The translations under genes were made by a program, and so were the position numbers. Below the pieces are notes generated by a model. The model ran no database searches and was not told the origin of the DNA. It saw nothing but the letters and a program-made list of their open reading frames with translations. Source: Spirochaetia bacterium (GTDB taxonomy: Bacteria; Spirochaetota; Spirochaetia; SZUA-6; Bin103). From it: DNA of 64,000 nucleotides. This document shows positions 63,309 through 64,000 of this stretch, one piece after another; positions within the stretch are counted from its first letter, which is position 1; each line of letters starts with the position of its first letter. The stretch spans positions 1,056,001 through 1,120,000 of the forward strand of contig CBDATQ010000002.1 of the NCBI GenBank assembly GCA_965199955.1, in the 5' to 3' direction.

Positions 63309-64000
63309 GTGGCAGAGTTCCAGGGTCGCCTGTCGAGCACCACCCGCTCCATGCCGGAGCGGATCCTGTTCACCCTGCGGCGCTACTGGTTCGTCTACCT
63401 GCTGATGCTGCCCGGTCTGGCCTGGATCGCGGTGTTCCAGTACGTGCCGATGTACGGCCTGCTGGTCGCCTTCAAGGACTTCAACATCGTCAAGGGCATC
63501 ATGCGGAGCCCGTGGGTGGGCCTGGAGAACTTCCGGATCCTGCTGCAGACACCCCCGTTCTACTTCGCGCTGCGCAACACGCTGATCATCAACCTCTACA
63601 ACCTGGCCTTCGGCTTCACCTTCACAGTGTTCCTGGCGCTGATGCTCAACGAGGTGCGGGTCTCCTGGTACAAGCGCACGGTGCAGACGATGGTCTACTT
63701 TCCCCACTTCGTCTCCTGGGTGGTGATGGGCGTGCTGGTGTCGCGCATGCTCTACCCGGAGCCTGACGGCCCGTTCAACGTCCTGGTCGGCCTGTTCGGG
63801 GTGCAGCCGCGCCACTGGCTGACGGACCCCCAGTACTTCCGCGGCATCGTCGTGTTCGTCAACACCGTCAAGGAGGCAGGCTTCGCCACCATCATCTACC
63901 TGGCGGCGCTGTCCAGCGTGAATCCCGACCTGGTGGAGAGCGCTCACTGCGACGGCGCGCACCGCGGTCACCTGATGCTGCACATCTACCTGCCGCGCAT
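63309..64000 (+). CDS. Carbohydrate ABC transporter permease (LplB-like), 3' end outside window
   Basis: YVPMYG...AFKDF...SPWVGLENF...LMLNEV...YFPHFVSWVV...IIYLAAL...ESAHCDGA. Confidence 0.9.
   Translation, partial: MAEFQGRLSSTTRSMPERILFTLRRYWFVYLLMLPGLAWIAVFQYVPMYGLLVAFKDFNIVKGIMRSPWVGLENFRILLQTPPFYFALRNTLIINLYNLAFGFTFTVFLALMLNEVRVSWYKRTVQTMVYFPHFVSWVVMGVLVSRMLYPEPDGPFNVLVGLFGVQPRHWLTDPQYFRGIVVFVNTVKEAGFATIIYLAALSSVNPDLVESAHCDGAHRGHLMLHIYLPR

Noticed and set aside
1..64000. Intact transposase, integrase, prophage or rRNA genes
   Set aside because: No recognisable motifs found on either strand.

Overview
A very GC-rich bacterial chromosomal segment. The gene order (acpS-truA-UDG-priA-def-fmt-PASTA protein; comEC-rsmA-tyrA-bactofilin) resembles a spirochaete. 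The accessory content (sulfatases, PhyH-HEAT fusion, FG-GAP and BNR-like repeat proteins, toxin-antitoxin pairs, sugar-acid aldolases) resembles host-associated, e.g. sponge-symbiont, genomes. Both points are inference. The window holds about 45 intact CDS, tRNA-Gly(CCC), tRNA-Lys(TTT), two TA modules and about 16 frameshifted or truncated gene remnants. Main observations: (1) a 105-bp palindromic element with a perfect 21-bp stem is inserted in frame, next to a GTAG, inside a dimethylformamidase-like gene. (2) A 130-bp TA-flanked, rod-folding MITE/ERIC-like element supplies the stop codon of the bactofilin gene. (3) A serine-palmitoyltransferase-like gene is paired with fabZ. (4) A fused 2-oxoacid dehydrogenase E1 is coupled to a FabD-like acyltransferase with no E2/E3 nearby. 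(5) Many -10 boxes lie 5-9 nt from start codons, suggesting leaderless mRNAs. All product calls come from motif recognition by eye, with no database searches.
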